This document shows, piece after piece, positions 19,856 to 30,310 of a DNA stretch of 64,000 nt; the first letter of the stretch is position 1; each line of letters begins with the position of its first letter. The notes beneath the pieces were generated by a model. It searched no databases and was not told where the DNA came from. It was given only the letters and a program-made list of their open reading frames with translations. Origin of the DNA: Candidatus Latescibacterota bacterium (GTDB lineage: Bacteria; Latescibacterota; UBA2968; SICM01); assembly GCA_965217865.1 (NCBI GenBank), contig CBDCJO010000001.1, positions 32,001 to 96,000 on the forward strand. The letters are read 5' to 3'. The position numbers and the translations under genes were made by a program.

Positions 19856-20341
19856 ATGATTCGCGACTATCGACCATCGGACCTGGAGACGATCAAGACG
19901 ATCACCGAGATCTGCTTCGACGGCGTCTCCATCGACCAGAACATCGAAGAACGCTTCGGGATCATCGGAGGATTGGCTTGGCAATCCCGCAAGACAAGGC
20001 ACATCGTCGAGGATGTGTCGGCGTGTCCGGAGGGGATTTTTGTTTATGAAGTGGAGGGAGGGGTGGTAGGCTATATCACGTCGCGGACCAATTACGATAC
20101 AAAGATCGGCTGGATCCCGAACCTGTCCGTTCTCCCGGGAAACAGAGGTCTCGGGGTCGGCAAAGCGCTGATCGATAAGGCTATTGATTATCTAAGAGGG
20201 GAGGGAATGTGTTTCGTGCGGATCGAGACATTGGATCAGAACGAAGCCGGGAAATCGATCTATCCGAAATTCGGATTTCAGGAGATCGCCCGGCAGATCC
20301 ACTACATCAAGCCTTTGAAAGGAGGGCAAACATCGGATTGA
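19856..20341 (+). CDS. GNAT family N-acetyltransferase
   Basis: Acetyl-CoA motif V.P..RG.GVGKALI and N..G..IY.KFGF. Confidence 0.88.
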   Translation: MIRDYRPSDLETIKTITEICFDGVSIDQNIEERFGIIGGLAWQSRKTRHIVEDVSACPEGIFVYEVEGGVVGYITSRTNYDTKIGWIPNLSVLPGNRGLGVGKALIDKAIDYLRGEGMCFVRIETLDQNEAGKSIYPKFGFQEIARQIHYIKPLKGGQTSD

Positions 20342-20362
20342 TTCACAATTTCCAATGTATTT

Positions 20363-22183
20363 TCATTTTTCAATCTCTCTTCCCTTCCGGGCTTCGATCA
20401 AGCTTACCGGTTCAAGCCTATGAATTTCGTCGTTTAATTGTCTATGCCTGGAGAGGAGTTCCATGACCTCTTGCGATCTCCCTTCCTTCTCCGCATGCTT
20501 GATGGCCCCGGCGACCTCGTTCAGCTGTCGCTGAACCGATGCGCGCCGGGCGCTCTGCAGATAGCCTTCGATCACCCGGTCGCCTCGAGTCTCGTCATAA
20601 CCTTCCAGCGAAAGTTCTGAAATCAGATCCGACAGAAAAGCGTCTTCACTTGCGCTTATCAGAGAGGCCGCTCGGGCGCTCCTTCCTTCCGACCGCGTGG
20701 CCACGATCAAGTCAGCGATGCGCCGGTAAGTCGCGTTTGAAAACACATCCACCGAAACCTCCGATCGTAACCGATCCGCAAACGCGTCATCGCTCAGAGC
20801 TATCCCGACCAGGGTGCGTTCCCAATGCGGGCTTGGGTCGAACGAAGATCTTTCCCGATCCACCGTCGCTGTTCGTCTGCCCCTCGACCCCCGATCCCTC
20901 GCTTTTCCCACGGCCTCTGAGACGATCCTTTCATCGGCCCCAAGCCTTTCTGCGATCTCCCGCACCAGAAATCCTCTCCTTATGGGATCCTGAATGCGAG
21001 ACACCGTCTGGGCCAATTCGGTCGCAGCCCGGACCTTTCCATCGACAGTCCCCAGATCCTCTCGGTTTGAAATCGAACGCAGCTTGTAGTCCAGGACCGG
21101 TTCGGCGTGTTCTACGAGCCTGAGAAAAGCATCGCTCCCTTTGTCCCGCACGAAGCTGTCGGGGTCGTGCCCCTCCGGAAGGGTTACGACGCGTGCGGAC
21201 AGTTCCGCTTCCAAAAGGATATCGATCCCCCTGATAGAAGCAGAGGAGCCCGCTGCATCTCCATCGAAGATCAGGACGGCGCGATCACAGAATCGTCGCA
21301 AAAGCCGGGTATGACCTGAGGTCAAAGCAGTACCCGCCGTAGCGACCACGTTTTCTATTCCGGCCCCAACAAGGCGGATGAGGTCCATATAGCCTTCGAC
21401 GACAAGCGTTTCGCCCCGATTCCGAATGGCGTCCTTGGCCTGCCAGAGCCCGTATAGCACGCCGCCTTTATGGTAGACGGGCGTCTCCGGAGAGTTGATA
21501 TACTTTGGATCCTCCCCTTCCCCAAGGGACCTTCCCCCAAAAGCCACAACCCTCCCCGTGGCGCTTGTAATCGGGAATATCAGGCGGTCCCGGAACCGAT
21601 CGTAATGGCCGCCACCCGATCTTCGCGGGAGGGCAAGCCCAGCCTTTTCAAGGGTGGGGAGATCGAGCGACCGTTTGGCCGCCGCAAGCAAAAGGCCATC
21701 CCAATCCGAAAGTGAATATCCGAGAGAGAAAAGGGAGGCGACGTCGTCAGGAACCCCCCTGTGGGTAAGATAAGCTCTGGCCCTTTCTCCTCGACGGTCT
21801 TTGGTTAAAAGACCCCGGTAAAATCCAGCCGCCCATTCGCAAACCTGGTAAAGGACATCAGAGGTTTCTTTCTGGAATTCGTCTTCCCTCGATTCGGGAA
21901 GAGAGATTCCGGCCCGCAAAGCCAGACGTCGCACCGCCTCGGGGAAACTAACCTTCTCGATCGCCATCAGGAAGCTAATGGCATTCCCACCCGCACCGCA
22001 CGGAAAACACTTGTAGATCTGTTTGTCCGTAGAGACCATCAAAGATGGGTTTCTGTCGTCGTGGAATGGGCAGAGCCCGATGAAGTCCCGCCCTTTCCGG
22101 GCCAACGTCACGTGATCCGAAATCACTTCCACAATGTCAACGCTGTTCCGGATTCGATCGATCAGGTCTTCGGGCAATCTCAT
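20363..22183 (-). CDS. dnaG: DNA primase
   Basis: Zinc finger CPFHDD..CFPC, DRFRDR, KYINSPET, VEGYMD, FDGDAAG, DPD. Confidence 0.97.
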   Translation of the reverse strand: MRLPEDLIDRIRNSVDIVEVISDHVTLARKGRDFIGLCPFHDDRNPSLMVSTDKQIYKCFPCGAGGNAISFLMAIEKVSFPEAVRRLALRAGISLPESREDEFQKETSDVLYQVCEWAAGFYRGLLTKDRRGERARAYLTHRGVPDDVASLFSLGYSLSDWDGLLLAAAKRSLDLPTLEKAGLALPRRSGGGHYDRFRDRLIFPITSATGRVVAFGGRSLGEGEDPKYINSPETPVYHKGGVLYGLWQAKDAIRNRGETLVVEGYMDLIRLVGAGIENVVATAGTALTSGHTRLLRRFCDRAVLIFDGDAAGSSASIRGIDILLEAELSARVVTLPEGHDPDSFVRDKGSDAFLRLVEHAEPVLDYKLRSISNREDLGTVDGKVRAATELAQTVSRIQDPIRRGFLVREIAERLGADERIVSEAVGKARDRGSRGRRTATVDRERSSFDPSPHWERTLVGIALSDDAFADRLRSEVSVDVFSNATYRRIADLIVATRSEGRSARAASLISASEDAFLSDLISELSLEGYDETRGDRVIEGYLQSARRASVQRQLNEVAGAIKHAEKEGRSQEVMELLSRHRQLNDEIHRLEPVSLIEARKGREIEK

Positions 22184-22300
22184 GTTCCCCGCCTCTCCTC
22201 CCACCCGGAATACAGAATCCAGAATTCAGGAGGAAATCAGGTGCCTTACTTCAGAATTCTGACACCCCGGTTCTTTATTTTTTTTTGTCCCTTTATCTTA

Positions 22301-23197
22301 GGTAATTAGGAAGATATTGGTACCAGATTCACCAGATATGAAGCAATAATTGGGAAGAGATCCTCGTCTTCCTGGTTGAATCTGAACTCTGTTTCCTTCA
22401 GGTATAAATGGAAATGATGTCGAGGGATTCCTCTGTATTGATATAGCCAATTTTTAGAAAAACTCCAGAAGCCTTCGATGCCATTGATGTGATGTCGGCC
22501 TTTGCCTTTGGGCACCCCTTCTTCTTTTCGAACAACCACGTGGTCACCTTTGACTGACAGCCAAGTGTAGGCGTGCCAGTCATCGGTGTAGTATAGACTG
22601 CCTGCTTTGGTGTGTGAGGTCACAAGCGGTGTAAGGGTGTTTCGACTTCGATCCGGAATGGGAAAGGTGAGGACTTTTCCGTTCCTCTGATAAAGCCCGA
22701 AAACCAAGTGTTTTCCGGCTGCTCCCCATCCACGCTTACCCTTATGATGACCTCCATACATCGCCTCGTCCAACTCGATCTCACCCCAAAGCACCTGGTC
22801 CGTAAAGCTATGATCGTAGATGGCCTGGCGAAACGTGGTATAAATCCGCTGAGCCGTTTTCAGCGATACGGACAGGTAGTGCCTGGATCGGTAAGAGGGC
22901 ACTCCCAATACAAACAGATAAAGTAAATGGGCAAGCTCGTCAAATGAAATTCGAAGCCTTTCAAGATAAGTGCCCGTGAAATCTTTAAACCGATATCCAC
23001 ACCGTGAACACCTGAACCGATCGTCTTTTAATAAGGGCAACCTGCGCTGATAATCGCAGCTTGGACATCGCCTTTTTCCACCCCAACGGGCTGCACGAAA
23101 ATAGGCCCTACTTATCTTGCAGTCATTTGCTAACTTAAGTGGATTAATTACCAGCATATTATTAATATACGCTGGTGCCAATATCTACTCAATCACC
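22301..23197 (-). mobile_element. IS1595-family insertion sequence, 897 bp, apparently intact
   Basis: Imperfect 26-bp terminal IRs (GGTAATTAGGAAGATATTGGTACCAG / rc GGTGATTGAGTAGATATTGGCACCAG); 8-bp target duplication TTATCTTA at 22293-22300 and 23198-23205. Confidence 0.93.
22306..23181 (-). CDS. IS1595-family (ISXO2-like) DDE transposase
   Basis: Zinc finger CPSC..CSRC, ELDEAMYGG, YTDDW..Y, HINGIEGFW, YLKE..FRFN; exact start uncertain. Confidence 0.92.
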   Translation of the reverse strand: MAPAYINNMLVINPLKLANDCKISRAYFRAARWGGKRRCPSCDYQRRLPLLKDDRFRCSRCGYRFKDFTGTYLERLRISFDELAHLLYLFVLGVPSYRSRHYLSVSLKTAQRIYTTFRQAIYDHSFTDQVLWGEIELDEAMYGGHHKGKRGWGAAGKHLVFGLYQRNGKVLTFPIPDRSRNTLTPLVTSHTKAGSLYYTDDWHAYTWLSVKGDHVVVRKEEGVPKGKGRHHINGIEGFWSFSKNWLYQYRGIPRHHFHLYLKETEFRFNQEDEDLFPIIASYLVNLVPISS

Positions 23198-23360
23198 TTA
23201 TCTTAAAGGGATGTGGGTTGTAAGCAAGCAATCAACTGTTGGGGATAGGAAGAAAAAAGGCGAACTTGGGGGAAGGTTGGAAGCAAACAAGATGACTCTC
23301 GACTCTTGTCCGGGCTTCCTTCTCAGGCAAGCGGTGCTGTTTGCTTTTTCATTCTGTATT

Positions 23361-24452
23361 CTAACTTCTGCATTCTGTATTCTGCTCTTCTATCTCCGCC
23401 ACCCGCTTCTCAACGGCCTCCACCAGCACATCCACCATCTCCGATTCCTTGACCTTTTTGACGATCTCCCCCCGATCGATCAACAATCCCACACCGCCGC
23501 CGCCCGCGATCCCAAGGTCCGCCGTCCGGGCCTCCCCGGGTCCGTTGACCTCACACCCCATCACCGCGATGTTCATCGGGGTCCGAATGTCCTTCAGGCG
23601 TTCTTTGACCTCCGCCGTCACCCCGAAAAGGTCGATATCGCACCGGCCGCAGCTCGGGCAAGCGATGATGTTCACCCCACGCTCCCGGAGATGAAGGGCT
23701 TGCAACAAGTCATAAGCCACCTCCACCTCCTCTACGGGATCCGCTGTCAGGGAGACACGGATCGTGTCGCCGATCCCATCCAGTAAGAGGGAACCGATTC
23801 CGACCGCGGACTTAACTGCACCCGTCGGCATCATCCCGGCCTCCGTGACCCCCAGGTGCAGGGGATAATCCGTCCGCTCCGCGATCTGGCGGTAAGCCTC
23901 GATCATCATCGGGACGTCCGAGGATTTGAGGGAGAGGATGATATCGTTAAATCCGTTCTCCTCCAGGAATCCCACCTCCTCCAGCGCGCTCTCCACCATC
24001 GCTTCGGCCGTCACGCCTCCGTGCTTGGCGATGAGATCTTTTCGGAGAGATCCTCCGTTCACGCCGATGCGGATCGGAATGTTCCGCTCCTTGCAGGCAT
24101 CCACCACTGCCTTGATCCGCTCTTTCTTTCCGATGTTGCCTGGATTGATCCGAATCTTGTCGATTCCGAAGGAAGCGCATTTCAGGGCGAAGATGTGGTT
24201 GAAGTGGATGTCGGCCACAAGGGGTACGTTGACCTGCTTCTTGATCTCGCCGAGTGCTTCTGCGGCCGCCATGTCGGGCACGGCAACCCGCACGATCTCG
24301 CACCCCGCCACAACCAGCTCGGCGATCTGGAAAATGGTCTTCTCGATATCACGGGTGTCCGTAATCGTCATCGACTGGACCGCGATGGGGGCGTCCCCGC
24401 CGATCGGGACATCCCCCACCATCACCTGTCTCGTCTTTTTTCGTTCCAGCAT
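23361..24452 (-). CDS. ispG: 4-hydroxy-3-methylbut-2-en-1-yl diphosphate synthase (flavodoxin)
   Basis: VQSMT, ADIHF, RINPGNIG, RIGVNGGSL, HLGVTEAG, CPSCGRC, MGCEVNGPGE. Confidence 0.97.
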   Translation of the reverse strand: MLERKKTRQVMVGDVPIGGDAPIAVQSMTITDTRDIEKTIFQIAELVVAGCEIVRVAVPDMAAAEALGEIKKQVNVPLVADIHFNHIFALKCASFGIDKIRINPGNIGKKERIKAVVDACKERNIPIRIGVNGGSLRKDLIAKHGGVTAEAMVESALEEVGFLEENGFNDIILSLKSSDVPMMIEAYRQIAERTDYPLHLGVTEAGMMPTGAVKSAVGIGSLLLDGIGDTIRVSLTADPVEEVEVAYDLLQALHLRERGVNIIACPSCGRCDIDLFGVTAEVKERLKDIRTPMNIAVMGCEVNGPGEARTADLGIAGGGGVGLLIDRGEIVKKVKESEMVDVLVEAVEKRVAEIEEQNTECRS

Positions 24453-24816
24453 AATCCCTCGAATATTCATAAGGCCTGGGTACCTGCATCATCGGGTGCA
24501 CTCGTACCCGTCCTACCCCGGCCTTAGATGGGGAAGTATGGATGCCTCTTGAATGACACTGAATCGTTATAAAAGGAGTTGAACAGGCAGGAAAAACACT
24601 GCGTTATGCCGGGGCCGGTGCAAAATACGCCTGCTTCCTCGACAACAATACCTTCCGGAACGAAGGCTTGACCCTCAGCCGAAGAATCGATCGAAACCCG
24701 GAAATCCGAACTCCATCGACACCCCAGCCGCCCCGACAGCAGAACCATTATTGGGCCTGCGGACCAAAAGCTGTTAGTGCTGGATGCAGCGCATCCCTGT
24801 GCGACCTGCTACAGGC

Positions 24817-27535
24817 TTAACTTCCGAAGGCCGTCGCGAAGATAAAGAAATCCCCGAAGAAGATGTGACCGTCGCCGTCCAGGTCGAAGGCCGAATTGTA
24901 GCCTGGATCCCCCGGCATTGTGTTGAACGCGAGGGCGAATAGGAAAAAGTCGTCGAAGTCCACGTCATCGTCCCCGTCGAAGCTCCCGGTCGGCGCAGCA
25001 GTTCCTATCTGGTCCGCGCTGATGACCACCTCGATGGGCGACGTGATAAACTCCGTTTTATCGGGCGTCTGAATACTCAAACTCGTAATAGAGAGGATGG
25101 CCTCCCCCGCGAAGTCGGCCCCAGCCGTGAAAGTGAAGGTGCACAGGCGTCCGTCCACGTCCGAAGGCGTCGGGGGAAGGGTCGAACCCCCACCCGTGAT
25201 GGCCCCGTCCCCAACCTGCGCAGGCAAGGAAATGAAGGTCCCCTGTACGAGGCCCCCGTCCGAAAAAGCCGCGCCCTCGAGCAGGGCCTCGGGATACTCC
25301 ACCGTGGCCGTATAACCCGTTACACTGGCGATATCTTTCACGAAAACCTGAAGGGTGATCTCGTCCTCAGCAACCACATTGTATAAAAGACCCAGGTCCT
25401 GATTGTCATCCGCCGCGTCAAGGTCAAGCCTCACCACAGCCGACTCGGACGGGGGTGCGATGACCCGGAGTGTCTTCGTGACCGATGTCGCACGCCCGGG
25501 CTCGTCGGTAACGGTCAGGGTGATATCGACGTTCGAATCCGTGGAATCCGAAAGTGTCACACTCGCGACATCGCTCGTTTCCGTTGTCGACTTTACAAAG
25601 GTGCCTCCGGGGACATGCCAGCTGAACGTAATCGTATCTCCGTCCGGGTCCGAGGACCCTGATCCGTCCAGCGTAACCACGCCTTTGGTGTTCCCTGCCT
25701 GAATCACGCCCGGGGTGATCGTGAACTCGGCCACCGGGGGGTCGTTCGCGGCCACCTTCAGGACCGCGTTCGACGGCTGGATATCCTGCTCCGTCCCACC
25801 CAGCTTCAAGGTCCCGACCGTTATCTCTGTCCCGCCTTCAACAAACTCAGCCGATGTTTGGAAACCCACGGTGCCCAGGAGCCCGTCGCCGGAGGCGCCG
25901 CTCCCCCCGAACTGCGCCGCGCCGAACTCCACCGTCCCGTCACCAACCTGGGGGGTCAGAGCGATGGCCCCGGACAGGTAATCCCCGATCGCGAACTGGC
26001 TGGCATCGTAGGTCAGGATATTGGCATCGAACGTGACAATAACGCCGAAGTTTGATGCGGAGGTGGGGTTCATCCCAAACACCTGAACCGTGACCTCTTT
26101 CGAAGGCCCCGAGCTGATCTCCCGGGTGAACTGATTGTCATCCGCCGGGTCCAGGTCCAGCCATGCACCCAACAGGGTTGTGTCCAACTCTGTGAGATCC
26201 GGGACCTCGCCAGCGGGCGGTAGAGTCGCCTCCACACCCGTCCCACTCAGGCCAACGGTCGTGGAACCCCCCTCGACGTCGTGCTAAATCTCGAGCGCGG
26301 CGAACTTGCCCCCCTCAGAAGTCGGTGCAAACGTTACAGTTACCATCTGGCTCTCGCCGGGCTCGATTGTCGCGGTTGCCGGTGAGACCGTATACTCCGT
26401 GACATCCGCTCCGATGACCGTGATCTCAGTGACGGACAGGGACGCCGTCCCCGTGTTCGTGATTGTAAGCGTTGCCTCAGAGGTCTCTCCGACATTCGTA
26501 TCCTCAAACGTCAAAGAGGTTTCCGACAAGTCGATGACAGGGGCCTTCTCGGTCACCGTGACACTGCCGTCCGCTGAGGTGCTGGAAATCGTGTCACCGA
26601 ACGCATCCTGCAGCAAGGCCTCAAGCCCGAGCGTGTAAGAAGTGCCGGGTACCGCTTCCGCATCCACGTCGAAGGTCACGTTCACCAGTGCGCCCGAGCC
26701 CCTCTCTAACCCAAACGGATCTCCAAATAAAAAACCCAGATCAGTGTTGAATAATTCAACCCTCACCTCGCCAGGGGTGTCCAGGAAGGAAAAAAACTTG
26801 ATTCCTGTTGCTGACGTCAGAGATGTTAACCCGACATCGGTGGCCGTCATGACACTGCTGTCATAGGTCAGCGTCAGAACCCCCCCGGCGATCCCCTTCG
26901 CATCGCGCACCAACACCGCCACCTCCAACCCTGTCTGGCCCGGTTGGGCGGTCACTTCCTCGACCGAAACCGGTTCCGGACTCTGGAGAGTCTCCTCCAC
27001 AGTGACACTGCCGTCCGCCGAGGTGCTGGAAATCGTGTCCCCGTTCTCATCAAACAACGAGGCCTCAAGTCCGAGCGGGTAGGTGCCGGGTTCCGCTTCA
27101 AAATCCAAGACGAAAAAAATTATCAGAAACCCGATGGGGCCTGATGGAATCCCCTTCGCGCCGGCAAACGAAACCGTCACCTCGCCAGGGGTGTCCAGGT
27201 TGGAAACAATCGTTGTCCCCCCTACAATCGGACCGCCACCGACTCCCAAGGCATCGGTGGCCGTCATGACACTGCTGTCATAGGTCAGGGTCAGATCCCC
27301 CCCCCTCGTCCACTGACACCGCCACCTCCAACCGGCGGCCCTGTTCGGCGGTCACCTCCTCCACCGAAACCGCTACCGGAATCGTCTGGAGCGCCGCGAA
27401 CTTCAGGGATGCGTCCTGAAGCGTGGGCGTACCCCCTTGAATTTGGGGTTCGGCAAATGCCCCCGAAGTCAGAAATAATCCGACAAAGAAGCCCACCATC
27501 GCGGCAAGCAGTCTCGTCTTCTGTTGACCAGGCAT
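24817..27535 (-). pseudogene. Secreted multi-cohesin-like / ASH-type Ig / PKD / dockerin-like protein, split by a frameshift and an in-frame TAG
   Basis: Signal peptide from ATG 27535; two duplicated cohesin-like units (LTYDSSVMTATD...STSADGSVTV); ASH-like LTITNTG...VTFAP; PKD-like LDGSGSSDPDGD; C-terminal paired EF-hand-like loops FDGDDDVDFDDF / DLDGDGHIFFGDF. Frameshift at a G9 tract (27297-27305) and in-frame TAG at 26284-26286. Confidence 0.8.
26555..27380 (-). repeat. Internal tandem duplication (about 440-bp units) encoding two cohesin-like domains
   Basis: GTGACACTGCCGTCCGC(T/C)GAGGTGCTGGAAATCGTGTC at about 26558 and 27002; CATCGGTGGCCGTCATGACACTGCTGTCATAGGTCAG at about 26835 and 27252. 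Confidence 0.85.
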
Positions 27536-27779
27536 AAATCCTCCCACTAGGGGTGAAAATGCAAAAAAAAATTGCCCTCGAATTTGTCCAATATAGCTTA
27601 AAAAACCTCAAAGAGCAAGCGTTACTTTAACAGCACCTATATATCTGCAAATCCTGAAACCTACCTGTTTTTAGATGACTGGAATAAACACTGGAACCAT
27701 CGGCACTCCCAACTCATCCCGGACCCTGAAGCCGGGGGTGTTACTATTTAGTCCTAAACTTGTATTCTGCATTTCTCTA

Positions 27780-30161
27780 TCATCCTCCTAACTCCAATTC
27801 CACCACCGTCACCCCACTCCCCCCTTCATTCCATTCTCCCAGCCGTTGGGAGCGGATCCGTGGATGGGACTTGAGGTATTTCCCGACCTTTTGCCGCAGG
27901 GCCCCTGTCCCCTTCCCGTGAATCACGGTCGCACGCTCGATCCTGGCCACGAAAGCGTCATCCAGGTATTTATCCACCACATCCGCGGCCTCCTCGAAAG
28001 TCATCCCCCTCAGATCCAGCGTGGTCGAGGGTTCGGCCCCCCCTGAGACCGGCATACTCCCCGACCTTCGGTCTTGCTTCGGGGCTGGCCCTCCAGCCGC
28101 TTTTCGAACCTCCGACGGCGATACCTCCACCTTGATATTTCCCACGTGAACGCGAATCCTTCCCCCTGCATGTTTCCCCGGCAGAACAACCCCCTCCTTC
28201 CCGAAGCGTTCGATCCACACCCGGTCGCCTCCCTTTACGTCCATCCCTTCAGGGAATTCTTCAGGTTGATCCCCCTCGATCTCTTCCCGCACCACCCTCA
28301 GTCCTTCCTGTACTTCTCTGCGGGCCTGTCGAATCGAATCACGGCTGGCCGCCTCACGGCGGATATCGGCCACCGTACGTTCGATCAGGGTATTAGCCTG
28401 ATTCAGGATCCGCTCTGACTCCTGGAGGGCGGTTCTTTTCAGGTCCTTGCGTTTTTTTTCAAGGTCCTCCAGATTCTCTTCATAGATGCGACGAAGACGC
28501 TCAACTTCATTTTCCTGAAGAGCGAGTTTTTCGTTTCCCTCTCGATACACCTTCGAACTTTGGTCCAGATCCGCGATTAAACGCTCTACCTGACGGGCAT
28601 CGCCCCCCATTAGACGACTGGCGGCATCCACGATCGATTCGGGCATCCCCCAGCGCCTGGCGATCTCAAACGCATAGCTGCTCCCCGGGATCGAAAGGCG
28701 GAGTCGGAAAGTCGGCCTGAGCGTCTGGGTATCGAACTCCATCGACCCGTTCTCCACACTCGGTGTTTGGTGAGCAAAGGCCTTGAGGGCACCGTGATGC
28801 GTTGTCGCCACCGTCTTTGCCCCCCGTTGGACCAGTTCTTTCAGGAGGGCCATGGCCAGGGCAGCACCTTCATCCGGATCTGTGCTCCCGCCTACCTCAT
28901 CCAGCAGGACCAGCGTCTCCCGGTCCGCCTGGCGGCAAATGTGGGAAAGACGGCGGACGTGTGATGAGAATGTACTCAAATCGTTCTCGATCGACTGCTC
29001 GTCGCCGATATCCGCGAATATCCCCTGGAAGATTGAGATCTCTGTACCACGTTGGGCCGGAATCGGAAGGCCCGAACAGGCCATCAACGTCAACAATCCG
29101 ACCGTCTTGAGGGCCACGGTCTTCCCGCCCGCGTTCGGCCCCGTCAACACGAGCATCAGGAAATCCCGGCCCAGAGAGATATCAAGAGGGATCACTTCCT
29201 GGGCCGGATCCGAATCCTGGGCCCGCAGAACCAGAAGGGGATGCCGAGCCCCCTTCAGAACGATTTCTCCCCCCTCCTTGACCGGGGCGGGTTGGGCCTC
29301 AATCTCCCGGCTGAAGGCCCCAGCAGCATAGATCGCATCAAGTCTCCCAAAGGCCTCCAGTCCCTCTTTCAGGTCGTCCCGGATGGACCTCACCCGTTCG
29401 GTCAACGCGCGAAGGATGCGTTCGATCTCTCGGGCCTCTGCCAGGTCGAACTGCCGGATTTTGTTCCCAATCTCCATCGTCGCCAGGGGTTCCACGAAGA
29501 CCGTCGCCCCGCTGGCTGACAAGTCGTGGATGATACCCGGCACCCTCTTCTGACGGCCCTCCCGGAGCGGGATCACGAATCGACCCTCTCGAAGGGTAAC
29601 AAGCCGCTCCTGAACGACCTCCGACCGAAGCTCGGCTAAGATACGTTCCAGTTTTTCCCGCAGTTCCGACCTGAGCCGCTCCCGGTCGCGACGGATGCGG
29701 CCGAGTTCAGGACTTGCAGAATCGAGGATCTCCCCTTCGGGACCGATTGCTCGACCGATGGCTGCTTCCACTTCAGGATAAGATGTCAACCTTTCGGCCA
29801 GGCCGAATAGGACCGGATACTTTTCGGATCGACGTTCCAGATAATCGTTGATCTGCCTGAACACGATCAGGGAGCTACCAATCTCGGAAAGGGCTTCGGC
29901 CGACAGAACCACCCCCTCCGTGCCGCAACGGACCAGGGTTTTCCGGATATCCGGGACCTCCCGAGATGGAAAGGGATCATCGAATCCGATCAGATCGATC
30001 ATTTCTCCCACACTCCCCATCCGGCTGCTGATCAGTTCCAGGTCCGTGATCGGAACCATTTTCAGGACCTCTTCCCTTCCCATCGGAGACGCGGAGAAGC
30101 CTGAGATCCGCTGGATCACCTTGTCAAACTCCAGGACGTCTATCGTGTGTTCATCGACCAT
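27780..30161 (-). CDS. mutS2: Endonuclease MutS2
   Basis: TGPNAGGKT, DIGDEQSIENDLSTFSSH, LLDE, TTH, and C-terminal Smr domain LDLRG...IHGKGTGALR. Confidence 0.97.
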   Translation of the reverse strand: MVDEHTIDVLEFDKVIQRISGFSASPMGREEVLKMVPITDLELISSRMGSVGEMIDLIGFDDPFPSREVPDIRKTLVRCGTEGVVLSAEALSEIGSSLIVFRQINDYLERRSEKYPVLFGLAERLTSYPEVEAAIGRAIGPEGEILDSASPELGRIRRDRERLRSELREKLERILAELRSEVVQERLVTLREGRFVIPLREGRQKRVPGIIHDLSASGATVFVEPLATMEIGNKIRQFDLAEAREIERILRALTERVRSIRDDLKEGLEAFGRLDAIYAAGAFSREIEAQPAPVKEGGEIVLKGARHPLLVLRAQDSDPAQEVIPLDISLGRDFLMLVLTGPNAGGKTVALKTVGLLTLMACSGLPIPAQRGTEISIFQGIFADIGDEQSIENDLSTFSSHVRRLSHICRQADRETLVLLDEVGGSTDPDEGAALAMALLKELVQRGAKTVATTHHGALKAFAHQTPSVENGSMEFDTQTLRPTFRLRLSIPGSSYAFEIARRWGMPESIVDAASRLMGGDARQVERLIADLDQSSKVYREGNEKLALQENEVERLRRIYEENLEDLEKKRKDLKRTALQESERILNQANTLIERTVADIRREAASRDSIRQARREVQEGLRVVREEIEGDQPEEFPEGMDVKGGDRVWIERFGKEGVVLPGKHAGGRIRVHVGNIKVEVSPSEVRKAAGGPAPKQDRRSGSMPVSGGAEPSTTLDLRGMTFEEAADVVDKYLDDAFVARIERATVIHGKGTGALRQKVGKYLKSHPRIRSQRLGEWNEGGSGVTVVELELGG

Positions 30162-30310
30162 TGGGATATACGGATTGAGGTAAGGATGATGATTCGGGCA
30201 GGCTAATGGATATGGGGTAGGGAATTGGAGGCGTGTAGGAGGCGCCTGTCCCCTATAAATTCAACGCTTCCACACACACCTTCGAACCCCATGAGGACAG
30301 ATGGCGGTTC

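Noticed and set aside
26284-26286. Amber recoding or pyrrolysine readthrough
   Set aside because: TAG terminates intact genes here (nuoL, nuoK, ispG, pyrF), no pyl genes are visible, and the same gene also has a frameshift.
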